Below are positions 1 through 9,670 of a stretch of 39,624 bases of DNA, piece after piece. Source of the stretch: Eubacteriales bacterium (GTDB taxonomy: Bacteria; Bacillota; Clostridia; Oscillospirales; SIG627); NCBI GenBank assembly GCA_045601605.1, contig JAZRZY010000059.1, positions 1 through 39,624 of the forward strand, in the 5' to 3' direction. The translations under genes were made by a program, and so were the position numbers. The notes under the pieces were generated by a model, which was given only the letters and a program-made list of their open reading frames with translations, was not told the DNA's origin and made no database searches. The first letter of the stretch is position 1; each line of letters starts with the position of its first letter.

Positions 1-48
1 TCTGCTGAGACATCAATTTGACAACAATTTTGTTTTTTTCTCGAAGCA

Positions 49-131
49 ATATGAATGGATATGAAGCGAAGAGAAACAAGCAAAATCAAGAGTTTGAATG
101 AATATGAATAGATATGAATCGTGGGAGAAAC
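49..131 (+). repeat. Pair of near-identical ~29-30 nt direct repeats (49-77 and 102-131)
   Basis: atatgaatGgatatgaaGcgAAgagaaac vs atatgaatAgatatgaaTcgTGGgagaaac, read directly. Period ~53 nt. Confidence 0.8.
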
Positions 132-135
132 TTTT

Positions 136-207
136 CCCCACGATGAAACCGTTAGACTGATAAGTTATGATAACCCAAGATATCTGCCGATATCTTGGGT
201 TGTTTCA
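136..207 (+). repeat. Islet element copy 1 (core ccccacgatgaaacc, then AACCC-N10-CCGATAT)
   Basis: Core at 136-150. Blocks aaccc 172-176 and ccgatat 187-193. ATGAAAC (143-149) is complementary to GTTTCAT (201-207). Confidence 0.7.
172..201 (+). terminator. Perfect 13-bp stem / 4-nt loop hairpin; possible terminator or structural part of element copy 1
   Basis: aacccaagatatc-tgcc-gatatcttgggtt followed by gtttc. The T-run is short, so terminator function is uncertain. Confidence 0.45.
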
Positions 208-304
208 TAATGTCAAACCAAAAGTTAAACCAATCGATGCGTATGTCCTGTTTATGGGACATCAATTGTGCTACTATATTTTATAAAAGGGAGTGAAATA
301 CACT

Positions 305-1207
305 ATGTATTTGGAAAGATTCACATTGCCGATCGATATGGAAGATGATTTGTTGGCTGACCGAGCGGCGGAAAATGGTGGTCCCTATGGATATGTGGAC
401 AATCCGTATCCGTGTGGTCTATTTGCGGAGAAAGATTTGTTTGAAATCGGATTTAAGAAAATTACGATTCTGTATGGTGGAAACGGATCGGGAAAGAGCA
501 CACTTCTTAATTTGATAGCCGAAAAGTTAAAGATGAATCGTATTGCACCCTATAACTCCAGCGAAATGTTTGCATCCTATGTAAAAAACTGTGAATACTC
601 ACTTGGATATGATGATGAAGGATTTGAACATCGCATACCAAACGGAAGCAGGATCATCACCAGTGATGATATTTTTGACTATATGCTTACTGTTCGCACA
701 AATAATAACGAAATCATTGAGAGTAAAGAAACTGCGAAAGATGAGTGGGCAAATCTCAAATTTGGTGAAACAGTGAAATTCTCGGGAATGCAGGACTATG
801 AAGCGTTGCGGTTACAGGTGCTCGCTCGGAAAAAGTCTGTATCACGCAGACAGTTTATTCGTAAGACTGTAGGAAACGAAGTGAAACTGAACAGTAACGG
901 TGAAACCGCACTGCAATACTTTGAGCAAAAGTTAAAAAACGATACTTTATATTGTTTAGATGAGCCGGAAAACAGCATGTCGCCTAAAATGCAATTGGAA
1001 CTTGTTAAAATGTTGGAGGAGATGGCACGCTATTGTGGTTGTCAGTTTGTGATTGCTACCCATTCTCCGTTCTTATTGGCTTTGGATGGAGCACGAATTT
1101 ATGATTTGGATTCCCGTCCTGCCGAAATAAAAGAGTGGTGGGAGCTGGAAAACACAAAGATATATTTTAATTTTTTTGAAAAGAACCGACATTTTTTTCA
1201 AAAGTGA
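305..1207 (+). CDS. Orphan ABC/AAA_21-like P-loop ATPase (function unknown)
   Basis: Walker A GGNGSGKST, signature-like NSNGE, Walker B LYCLDEPENSMSP, H-loop IATHSPF. The track ORF starts at GTG 293, but ATG 305 sits ~11 nt after aaagggag. No partner gene is adjacent. Confidence 0.8.
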   Translation: MYLERFTLPIDMEDDLLADRAAENGGPYGYVDNPYPCGLFAEKDLFEIGFKKITILYGGNGSGKSTLLNLIAEKLKMNRIAPYNSSEMFASYVKNCEYSLGYDDEGFEHRIPNGSRIITSDDIFDYMLTVRTNNNEIIESKETAKDEWANLKFGETVKFSGMQDYEALRLQVLARKKSVSRRQFIRKTVGNEVKLNSNGETALQYFEQKLKNDTLYCLDEPENSMSPKMQLELVKMLEEMARYCGCQFVIATHSPFLLALDGARIYDLDSRPAEIKEWWELENTKIYFNFFEKNRHFFQK

Positions 1208-1209
1208 AT

Positions 1210-1281
1210 TTAACCCAATTTAAGCCACAACTTAAACCAAAAAAATTCCACAATCTTAACCTATCGGAAGTTATCGTAACC
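1210..1281 (+). repeat. Phased TTAA(A)CC-type short repeats (iteron-like)
   Basis: ttaaccc 1210, ttaagcc 1220, ttaaacc 1232, ttaacc 1256, gtaacc 1276, giving spacings of 10, 12, 24 and 20 nt. Related caaacc/ttaaacc pair at 214-231. Confidence 0.5.
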
Positions 1282-1357
1282 ACGTGCAAAATGAGAGAAA
1301 TTGAGAGCGGAACTTATCGAGCGTTACCTAAACTAATCGGACTTTAGAGCGGTAGAT

Positions 1358-1440
1358 CCCCACAATGAAACCCCTCGATTAAGAAAATGCCGTAAAACAG
1401 CGGTATTTCAGGGTTTTCAAAACCCAACAAAAACCGATTT
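1358..1440 (+). repeat. Islet element copy 2 (core ccccacaatgaaacc, then AACCC-N8-CCGATTT)
   Basis: Core at 1358-1372. aaccc 1421-1425, ccgattt 1434-1440. Shares upstream GTAGATCC with copy 3. Confidence 0.7.
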
Positions 1441-1457
1441 ACGACACATTTACGACA
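1437..1457 (+). repeat. Tandem direct repeat ATTTACGACA x2 (11-nt period)
   Basis: atttacgaca at 1437-1446 and at 1448-1457, read directly. Confidence 0.8.
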
Positions 1458-1460
1458 AAT

Positions 1461-1515
1461 GAAAAAATGAAGACACCCTATGACCGTAAAAAGTCATAGG
1501 GTGTTTTGCTGTTTT
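1461..1515 (-). terminator. Bidirectional rho-independent terminator downstream of the lipoprotein gene
   Basis: 12-bp stem acaccctatgac / gtcatagggtgt (1473-1504). T-runs follow on both strands, and it lies 16 nt past the minus-strand stop at 1521. Confidence 0.8.
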
Positions 1516-1520
1516 ATAGG

Positions 1521-2024
1521 TTACTTTTTTACCAACTCGGCAATTTTATCATATGTGCCTTCGGGCATTTTATAATATTTTTGGAAAGAGGTCATCGGCA
1601 TAGCGGTAAAGACCATATAGTCATTTTCGAGAATCCAAAAGTCACCGTAAAAATGCTCATCTGATACTGCGAGAGCATCGGATATTTCTGCTTTGGGTTC
1701 TTGACTCAAAATAAGCAAAGGCTCTCCGTCTTGGAAAGAAAGGTAAATGTCATCTTGTTCAGTTCTGTCAACTTCGGTTTCCTCTGCCTTTTCCCATTGC
1801 TCCATTATATATGTATATAATGCTTTTGCCTCATCATTTTCTATAACAAACTCTGTTTCATGGTCGGTTGAACAAACACACTTGAAATCAGCAATGGCAG
1901 AAACATCTTCGTGATATGTTACAATGGCATCATTAGGTTTTTCTTTTGAACAACCAAACAAAGATATTAAACAAGCAACCACACAAAGCAAACAAAGAAC
2001 TCGCAACATTTTGTTATTCAACAT
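1521..2024 (-). CDS. Hypothetical lipoprotein
   Basis: Signal peptide with lipobox LFGC (MLRVLCLLCVVACLISLFGCSKE). Acidic mature part. Lies 16 nt downstream of the zinc-ribbon ORF and is followed by a terminator. Confidence 0.65.
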   Translation of the reverse strand: MLNNKMLRVLCLLCVVACLISLFGCSKEKPNDAIVTYHEDVSAIADFKCVCSTDHETEFVIENDEAKALYTYIMEQWEKAEETEVDRTEQDDIYLSFQDGEPLLILSQEPKAEISDALAVSDEHFYGDFWILENDYMVFTAMPMTSFQKYYKMPEGTYDKIAELVKK

Positions 2025-2040
2025 TACAATCTATCCATTC

Positions 2041-2322
2041 TTATTTCCATCGGTTGATGGCAATATCGTTTTCTTTAACTTCTTTTATGGTGTAGGTCTT
2101 ATCACATTTGTTGCAACGAAAAACAGTTCGAATGAATTTTATATTTCCGACTAAAAAACCATCACCATTTGAGAAATCATAGTTTTTTGCTTCTTCCGAT
2201 TTTGAATTAACAATCGTTTCCGTTTTCGTTTTTTCTAACTTCTCACTACAATAGGGGCAATAATGCTTTTTCATACAAAAAATAGGGTGAGACCATTCGC
2301 GCTTTACACCGTGTATTTTCAC
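2041..2322 (-). CDS. Small zinc-ribbon protein (two CxxC pairs), function unknown
   Basis: CPYC ... CNKC motifs. GTG start preceded by gtgaggtg with 8-nt spacing on the minus strand. Confidence 0.6.
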   Translation of the reverse strand: MKIHGVKREWSHPIFCMKKHYCPYCSEKLEKTKTETIVNSKSEEAKNYDFSNGDGFLVGNIKFIRTVFRCNKCDKTYTIKEVKENDIAINRWK

Positions 2323-2385
2323 AAAGATAGCACCTCACTTTTTTCTCATTATAACACTAAAATATGAATTTTTCAATATTTCCGC

Positions 2386-2467
2386 AATCTTCATGAGTTA
2401 TAACGATTCTTATAGAATCTTTATGACTTTTTTTCTTTTATATAAGACTCTTTATAAATCTTCATGA
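2386..2467. repeat. Four phased copies of an 11-nt motif A(A/C)TCTT(C/T)AT(G/A)A upstream of the zinc-ribbon gene
   Basis: aatcttcatga 2386, aatctttatga 2416, actctttataa 2447, aatcttcatga 2457, giving spacings of 30, 31 and 10 nt (helical phasing). Confidence 0.6.
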
Positions 2468-2502
2468 TTATATAAGGCAATTCGTGAAAATACAAAAGTA
2501 GT

Positions 2503-2603
2503 CCGCACAATGAAACCTTCGGATTGATATGGTTCAATGAACTCCGGTAGCTGTGCCAATTTGTGAAGCTTATATCGTTAAAACCCTGTTTCAGAGCCGA
2601 TTT
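2503..2603 (+). repeat. Islet element copy 3 (core ccgcacaatgaaacc, then AACCC-N10-CCGATTT)
   Basis: Core at 2503-2517. aaccc 2582-2586, ccgattt 2597-2603. Preceded by gtagtcc. Confidence 0.7.
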
Positions 2604-2908
2604 TCACAAAGAAATTTGCAAAGAAAGTCGCTATGATAGACCAAAAGAGCGGGCGCCGTGCTGTTTGCACGTCCCTTTCATCATATCTAATAATTTTTTC
2701 TGAAAGTTATGCAGAGATAGGTATAGCTCTGTCACAGCAACCGGATTTTGCTTGATCTATCTGCGAAAACGCTTTGGATACCTTGAGTGAAGAGAGAGCT
2801 ATTTCTTGGAATAATATCTGACTTGCAAGCGGGAATTGCGACTGCGGGGGACCGCTGTTGACTTTGCGAAAACTTGTTCAAAACAGAAATGTAAATTTTT
2901 TTATCCCC

Positions 2909-2937
2909 TTGTCTCGTCTTGTTATTTGTGATATAAT
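2909..2937 (+). promoter_or_regulatory. Candidate sigmaA promoter of the atp operon
   Basis: TTGTCT, 17-nt spacer, then TGaTATAAT (extended -10). About 20 nt upstream of the atpI start. Confidence 0.6.
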
Positions 2938-2956
2938 AATCCTAAATTGGATTAGG

Positions 2957-3352
2957 ATGGAAAAAATGAAAAAAATCGATCCGACTATTAAACGGGAAAC
3001 ACTCTATATTGCCGCTTTTGTGCTGATTTTAAGCGTGTTGATGCAATCGGTGTTTTTGATCATCGACGCTTGGGATTTCACGGTGCTGTTCGGTAATTTG
3101 CTCGGTGCTGTTTCTGCTGTGGCAAATTTCTTTTTTATGGCGCTCAGCGTTCAGAAGGCGCTCGGGAAGGAGCCGCAGGAAGCTAAAAATATGATGCGGT
3201 TTTCGCAAACGGGGCGCTATTTTGCAATGATCGTTGTTGCGGTCATCGGCTATTTTTGCCCCGCCTTTCACGTTTTGGCAGTTGTGATACCGTTTTTGTT
3301 TCCTCGCGTTGCGCTTTTGTTTCGGGGACTGTTTCCGATGGAGAAAGATTGA
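2957..3352 (+). CDS. atpI: ATP synthase protein I (AtpI-like small membrane protein)
   Basis: First gene of the atp operon, hydrophobic ~131 aa. The track ORF (2858) would begin upstream of the predicted promoter. ATG 2957 or ATG 2966 is the likely start. Confidence 0.6.
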   Translation: MEKMKKIDPTIKRETLYIAAFVLILSVLMQSVFLIIDAWDFTVLFGNLLGAVSAVANFFFMALSVQKALGKEPQEAKNMMRFSQTGRYFAMIVVAVIGYFCPAFHVLAVVIPFLFPRVALLFRGLFPMEKD

Positions 3353-3369
3353 GTTTTGAGGTATTTGCT

Positions 3370-4269
3370 TTGATAAAAAAGAATTTGCGCTTTTATGTAG
3401 TAGACGTGTTCTACGTTTTGATGATGATCGTTCCGATCGTCATCGGCATTGTGCTGCAAATTTTGACGAAGCCTGCAAGCGAGGGCGTTTCCATCACGGG
3501 CGCACGTATTTTTTTTGAGATACCGATGCCGTGGCAGTCAATGCCGATCACGGAATCACAGATCAACTCACTGCTTGTTACCGTGGTGCTGTTTTTCTTC
3601 TGCCTTTATATGACGCACGGTCTCGGCGAACACGTAGTATTGAAACGTCAACACTTGGCGGAGATGGCTGTGGAAAAAGTGGAGCAATTGGTTCACGAAA
3701 ATATGGGAGATTATTTTCGAGGCTTTGTTCCGTTTGTGATGGCGATCATGTGTCTGTCCGCATTCAGCAGTTTGATTACCTTGTTCGGGCTTTATGCACC
3801 CACTTCCGATGTCAATGTCGTAGGTGGCTGGGCTCTTCTCGTTTTCCTTATCATTACGTATTATAAACTGAAGTGCGGGCTTTGGCATTACGTTAAGGGC
3901 TTGGCGGAACCGGTGGCGTTTTTGATGCCGGTAAATATCATTGGGGAATTTGCAACACCGATCTCAATGGCCTTCCGCCATTACGGAAACGTTTTGTCAG
4001 GGTCTGTTGTTTCGGTTTTGATCGCCGCCGGTCTGGGGGGCGTATCTTCCATGATTATGCAAAATCTTCCCGGAATGCTCGCTGATTTTCCGATTTTACA
4101 AGTCGGTCTTCCTGCTGTTTTGTCCGTTTATTTTGACGTTTTCAGCGGATTGCTACAGGCCTTCATTTTTGCGATGCTGACTATGCTGTATGTGGCAGGA
4201 GCATTTGATTTAGATGAATTTGAACGAAGACGTGCCAAACGGCGCGCAAAAAAACAGAACACTCTTTAA
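3370..4269 (+). CDS. atpB: F0 subunit a
   Basis: Conserved FRHYGNVLSG arginine region and multi-TM profile. The track ORF (3256) overlaps atpI. TTG 3370 lies 8 nt after GAGGT, just past the atpI stop. Confidence 0.85.
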   Translation: MIKKNLRFYVVDVFYVLMMIVPIVIGIVLQILTKPASEGVSITGARIFFEIPMPWQSMPITESQINSLLVTVVLFFFCLYMTHGLGEHVVLKRQHLAEMAVEKVEQLVHENMGDYFRGFVPFVMAIMCLSAFSSLITLFGLYAPTSDVNVVGGWALLVFLIITYYKLKCGLWHYVKGLAEPVAFLMPVNIIGEFATPISMAFRHYGNVLSGSVVSVLIAAGLGGVSSMIMQNLPGMLADFPILQVGLPAVLSVYFDVFSGLLQAFIFAMLTMLYVAGAFDLDEFERRRAKRRAKKQNTL

Positions 4270-4284
4270 ACATTGGAGGAATGA

Positions 4285-4581
<297 letters not shown>

Positions 4582-4597
4582 CGTTTCGATGAAGTAA

Positions 4598-5113
4598 ATG
4601 CAAAGTTTACCTGTAATTTCGGTTAACCTTTGGCAAATTGTTGCGGCTTTGCTCAACCTTTTGCTGATGTTTTTGATCGTGAAGCATTTTTTGTATAACC
4701 GTGTGCGTCGCGTGTTGGATCAACGCCAAGAAACGATTGAGGGATCTTACCGCGTAGCCGAAGAAGCAAAGGAAAAGGCATTTGCCGCGCAGGCGGAGTA
4801 TGAAACAAAGCTTGCCGATGCCGAGACTGAGGCTCAGAATCTGATTCGCGATGCCGTTGCGACTGCAAATGCACGGGAAGAGGAACTGATTGCTGATGCA
4901 CGCAAAAAGGCGGACGGTATTCTTCGACAAGCCGAGACGGACGCGTTTTTGGAGCGACGCAAGGCGGAAGAAACAATCAAAGAAGAAATTGTGGATGTAT
5001 CAGCCGCACTCGCGCAAAAACTCTTGGAACGCGAGGTTAAGAGTGAGGATCATCGCGATTTGATCGATCGTTTTTTGGATGATTTAGACGGAGCTGATAA
5101 TGGCAAGAGCTGA
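4598..5113 (+). CDS. atpF: F0 subunit b
   Basis: One N-terminal TM helix followed by a long charged coiled-coil. Position in operon. Confidence 0.85.
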   Translation: MQSLPVISVNLWQIVAALLNLLLMFLIVKHFLYNRVRRVLDQRQETIEGSYRVAEEAKEKAFAAQAEYETKLADAETEAQNLIRDAVATANAREEELIADARKKADGILRQAETDAFLERRKAEETIKEEIVDVSAALAQKLLEREVKSEDHRDLIDRFLDDLDGADNGKS

Positions 5114-5630
5114 ACGTGAATATGCGGAAGCAATCTATTTGATTGCGGCAGAGAAGGATGCCGTTCCGATGTTTTTGGAACAAATGGAGTGTTTGGCAGA
5201 ACTGCTGCGAGATAATTCCGATTATCTGCATCTGTTGGCTTCGCCTGCGATCTCCTTAAACGAACGCAAAGGACTGATCGATGAAGCGTTTGGGGCGCAT
5301 TTTTGTGAAGAGATCGTCTCATTTGTAAAGTTGCTTTGCGACAACGGGCGCATTGATGCGTTGCTTGACTGTGTGGGTGAGTTTACAGCCCTTGCCCGCG
5401 CTTTATCCGGAAAGGTACAAGCAGTTGTTGTATCTGCTTATGAACTGGACGATGAGCAGAAGCAGAAACTGCAAAAGAAGCTTCAATCGATGTTCGGTCA
5501 AGAGGTTGAGGCGATTTATGGGATTGATCCTTCCCTTATCGGCGGTGTCAAGATCGAAGTGGAAGGAAAAACGTATGACGGGACGCTTTTGCGCCGTCTG
5601 CGTGTTGTAAAGGATGTGATGAGTCGATGA
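5100..5630 (+). CDS. atpH: F1 subunit delta (OSCP)
   Basis: Size, position and C-terminal [16 protein letters not shown] motif typical of delta. Confidence 0.85.
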   Translation: MARAEREYAEAIYLIAAEKDAVPMFLEQMECLAELLRDNSDYLHLLASPAISLNERKGLIDEAFGAHFCEEIVSFVKLLCDNGRIDALLDCVGEFTALARALSGKVQAVVVSAYELDDEQKQKLQKKLQSMFGQEVEAIYGIDPSLIGGVKIEVEGKTYDGTLLRRLRVVKDVMSR

Positions 5631-7117
5631 ATAAGCCGCAGGAAATCAGCAATATTCTCAAAGCACAAATTGAGAATTATAACGCCCGCGTCGAAATGAC
5701 CGAAACAGGCAAGGTCATTTTGGTCGGCGATGGTGTTGCCCGCGTTTGGGGATTGCGGAATTGTATGGCCAATGAGCTTCTCGAGTTCGACGGCGGTTCT
5801 TTCGGTGTTGCACAGAATTTGGAAGAAGAGACCGTTTCCGTTGCTATTCTTTCGGATCGCAACGATATTCGCGAGGGTACCGGCGTGCATCGCACGGGGA
5901 AGGTTGTTTCCGTTCCCGTCGGTGAGGCGTTTCTCGGGCGTGTTGTCAATGCGCTCGGCGAGCCGATCGATGGGAAAGGGCCGATTTTGCACAGCGGCTT
6001 TCGCCCGATCGAATCTCCCGCTCCGGGTATCATTCAACGCGAGAGCGTGAGCGTTCCGCTTCAGACCGGTATCAAAGCCATCGACAGTATGATACCGATC
6101 GGCCGCGGTCAGCGTGAGTTGATCATCGGCGATCGCCAAACCGGTAAAACGGAAATTGCGATTGATACAATGATCAATCAAAAGAACAGCGGCGTGATCT
6201 GTGTTTATGTTGCCATCGGTCAGAAAAGCACTTCCGTTGCTCAGCTTGTGGGTGAATTGATCCGCAATGATGCAATGCGCAATACGATCGTTGTTTCCGC
6301 AAGCGCTGCCGAGAGCGCACCGCTCCAGTACATTGCACCGTACAGCGGTTGTGCGATGGCTGAGTATTTCCGTGAACAAGGCAAGGACGTTTTGATCATT
6401 TACGATGATCTGTCCAAACACGCGGTTGCTTATCGCGCTCTTTCGCTTCTCATTCGGCGGCCTCCGGGACGCGAGGCATATCCGGGCGACGTCTTTTATT
6501 TGCATTCCCGTCTTTTGGAGCGTGCTGCTTGTGTTGCCAAGGAATACGGCGGGGGCTCGATTACGGCTTTGCCCATTATCGAAACACAGGCGGGCGACGT
6601 TTCTGCTTATATTCCGACCAACGTGATCTCCATTACCGATGGTCAGATTTTCTTGGAAACGGAGCTGTTCCATTCCGGTATTATGCCTGCGATCAACCCC
6701 GGTATTTCGGTGAGTCGTGTGGGCGGTTCCGCCCAACTCAAGGCGATGAAGAAAGTTTCCGGTGAATTAAAGCTTCTGTATTCTCAGTACCGAGAATTGC
6801 AGTCTTTCGCTCAATTCGGAAGCGATTTGGATGCAGATACCAAAATGCGTCTCGCGCTCGGCGAACGCATTGTGGAGGTGTTAAAGCAAGGGCGCAATGC
6901 CCCCGTGCGCGTCGGCTGTCAGGTCGCAATCGTTTATGCAGCAACCAAGGGCTATCTGAACGAAGTTGCGGTAAAGGATATACCTGAATACGAAGCGCGT
7001 TTGTTTGCAAAACTTGAGAATCAGAACAAGGATTGGCTTGATCGCATTGAAAGTGGGGAATATGAGCCCTCTGATGAGGAAGAACTCAAGCAAATCCTCT
7101 TGTCGATGAAGGTATAA
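5627..7117 (+). CDS. atpA: F1 subunit alpha
   Basis: Walker A GDRQTGKT, plus the [22 protein letters not shown] block. ATGA overlap with atpH. Confidence 0.97.
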   Translation: MNKPQEISNILKAQIENYNARVEMTETGKVILVGDGVARVWGLRNCMANELLEFDGGSFGVAQNLEEETVSVAILSDRNDIREGTGVHRTGKVVSVPVGEAFLGRVVNALGEPIDGKGPILHSGFRPIESPAPGIIQRESVSVPLQTGIKAIDSMIPIGRGQRELIIGDRQTGKTEIAIDTMINQKNSGVICVYVAIGQKSTSVAQLVGELIRNDAMRNTIVVSASAAESAPLQYIAPYSGCAMAEYFREQGKDVLIIYDDLSKHAVAYRALSLLIRRPPGREAYPGDVFYLHSRLLERAACVAKEYGGGSITALPIIETQAGDVSAYIPTNVISITDGQIFLETELFHSGIMPAINPGISVSRVGGSAQLKAMKKVSGELKLLYSQYRELQSFAQFGSDLDADTKMRLALGERIVEVLKQGRNAPVRVGCQVAIVYAATKGYLNEVAVKDIPEYEARLFAKLENQNKDWLDRIESGEYEPSDEEELKQILLSMKV

Positions 7118-7119
7118 CG

Positions 7120-7926
7120 ATGGCCGGTAATACAAAAGCCCTTCGTGTGCGTATGCGAAGTGTTTCTTCTACTCTCCAGCTGACCAAAGCGATGGAGCTT
7201 GTGGCATCTTCAAAGATCCGTCGTGCCAATGAGGCAATGCTGGCGGCAAGAGCATATGAGGCATCGCTTGACAAAGTGATCGGCCTGTTTTGTGCAAACA
7301 CAGAGAGTCTGGAGAGTCCTTATGTAAGAAAGCGAGGCGGGGAGCGTACCCGATTGATCGTGATCGCGGGAGATCGCGGTCTGGCCGGCGGGTACAATGC
7401 AAATGCTTTTCGGCTTGCCGCCGAGTATCCCGGCGCAGAGATCCTTCCCATTGGGAAACGTGCTTGTGATCGCTATGGTTCGCAGACCATTTCTTCCGAG
7501 GCTTTTACATTTCAAAGCGCATACACAATGGCACAGAAGCTTTGTCGGGATTTTCGAAACGGTGAGTTTGATCGCCTTGGGATTCTATATACGCGATACC
7601 GTTCGGTGATTACGCAAGAAGCAACCGTTAAATGGGTATTGCCGCTTTCATCCGAGTGCCGCGATGAACTGGCCGGTGCGATTTTTGAACCGGATCTTTT
7701 GACGGCATTGGATCGAGCGGTCTTGGAATACGTGGCCGGAAAGATTACGGCATCGGTGCGCGAGAGCTTTGCTTCGGAAGTATCGGCACGTCGAATGGCT
7801 ATGGATTCTGCAGGCAAAAATGCAAAGCAGATGATCGACGATCTGCAACTTGCGTATAATCGCGCGAGACAAGGCGCAATCACGCAAGAAATTACGGAAA
7901 TCGTTGCCGGCGCAGGCACAGATTAA
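7120..7926 (+). CDS. atpG: F1 subunit gamma
   Basis: N-terminal IKSV-type region (RMRSVSSTLQLTKAMELVASSK) and C-terminal ITQEITEIVAGA helix. Confidence 0.9.
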   Translation: MAGNTKALRVRMRSVSSTLQLTKAMELVASSKIRRANEAMLAARAYEASLDKVIGLFCANTESLESPYVRKRGGERTRLIVIAGDRGLAGGYNANAFRLAAEYPGAEILPIGKRACDRYGSQTISSEAFTFQSAYTMAQKLCRDFRNGEFDRLGILYTRYRSVITQEATVKWVLPLSSECRDELAGAIFEPDLLTALDRAVLEYVAGKITASVRESFASEVSARRMAMDSAGKNAKQMIDDLQLAYNRARQGAITQEITEIVAGAGTD

Positions 7927-9611
<1,685 letters not shown>

Positions 9612-9670
9612 CGTGTTGCCATGTGCGGCTTTTGTAAAAATAACAAGGTTTGTTTTGGCCGAGGGGTTCT

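Noticed and set aside
136-160. Reading the islet-element core as a real small protein ending T-M-K-P-L-D
   Set aside because: Only copy 1 has an upstream ATG in that frame. Copies 2 and 3 have in-frame stops 3 and 15 codons upstream (1353-1355, 2465-2467) with no start codon. The alternative frame (PH[DN]ET...) also lacks starts in copies 2 and 3. It is kept only as possible relic coding signal.
136-2603. Integron attC-site interpretation of the three elements
   Set aside because: The cores do not fit the RYYYAAC / GTTRRRY attC consensus. The cassette genes are in mixed orientation, and no intI is visible.
3256-3369. Upstream extensions of track ORFs (atpB 3256, atpI 2858, rqcH 10749, fhs 12740, rpiB 15299, dnaX 16269, rlmN to 31055, rsmB to 32452, remA to 37473)
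   Set aside because: Each extension overlaps the preceding gene or a promoter and lacks an RBS. Internal starts have RBS or ATGA/TGATG coupling and match the conserved N-termini.
5516-6736. 406-aa ORF antisense to atpA
   Set aside because: Its codons are exactly in phase with atpA codons (both have lower codon coordinate mod 3 = 2). It stays open only because sense codons TTA/CTA/TCA are avoided. The sequence is R/N/G-rich and low-complexity, and there is no RBS. The sense gene is unambiguous.
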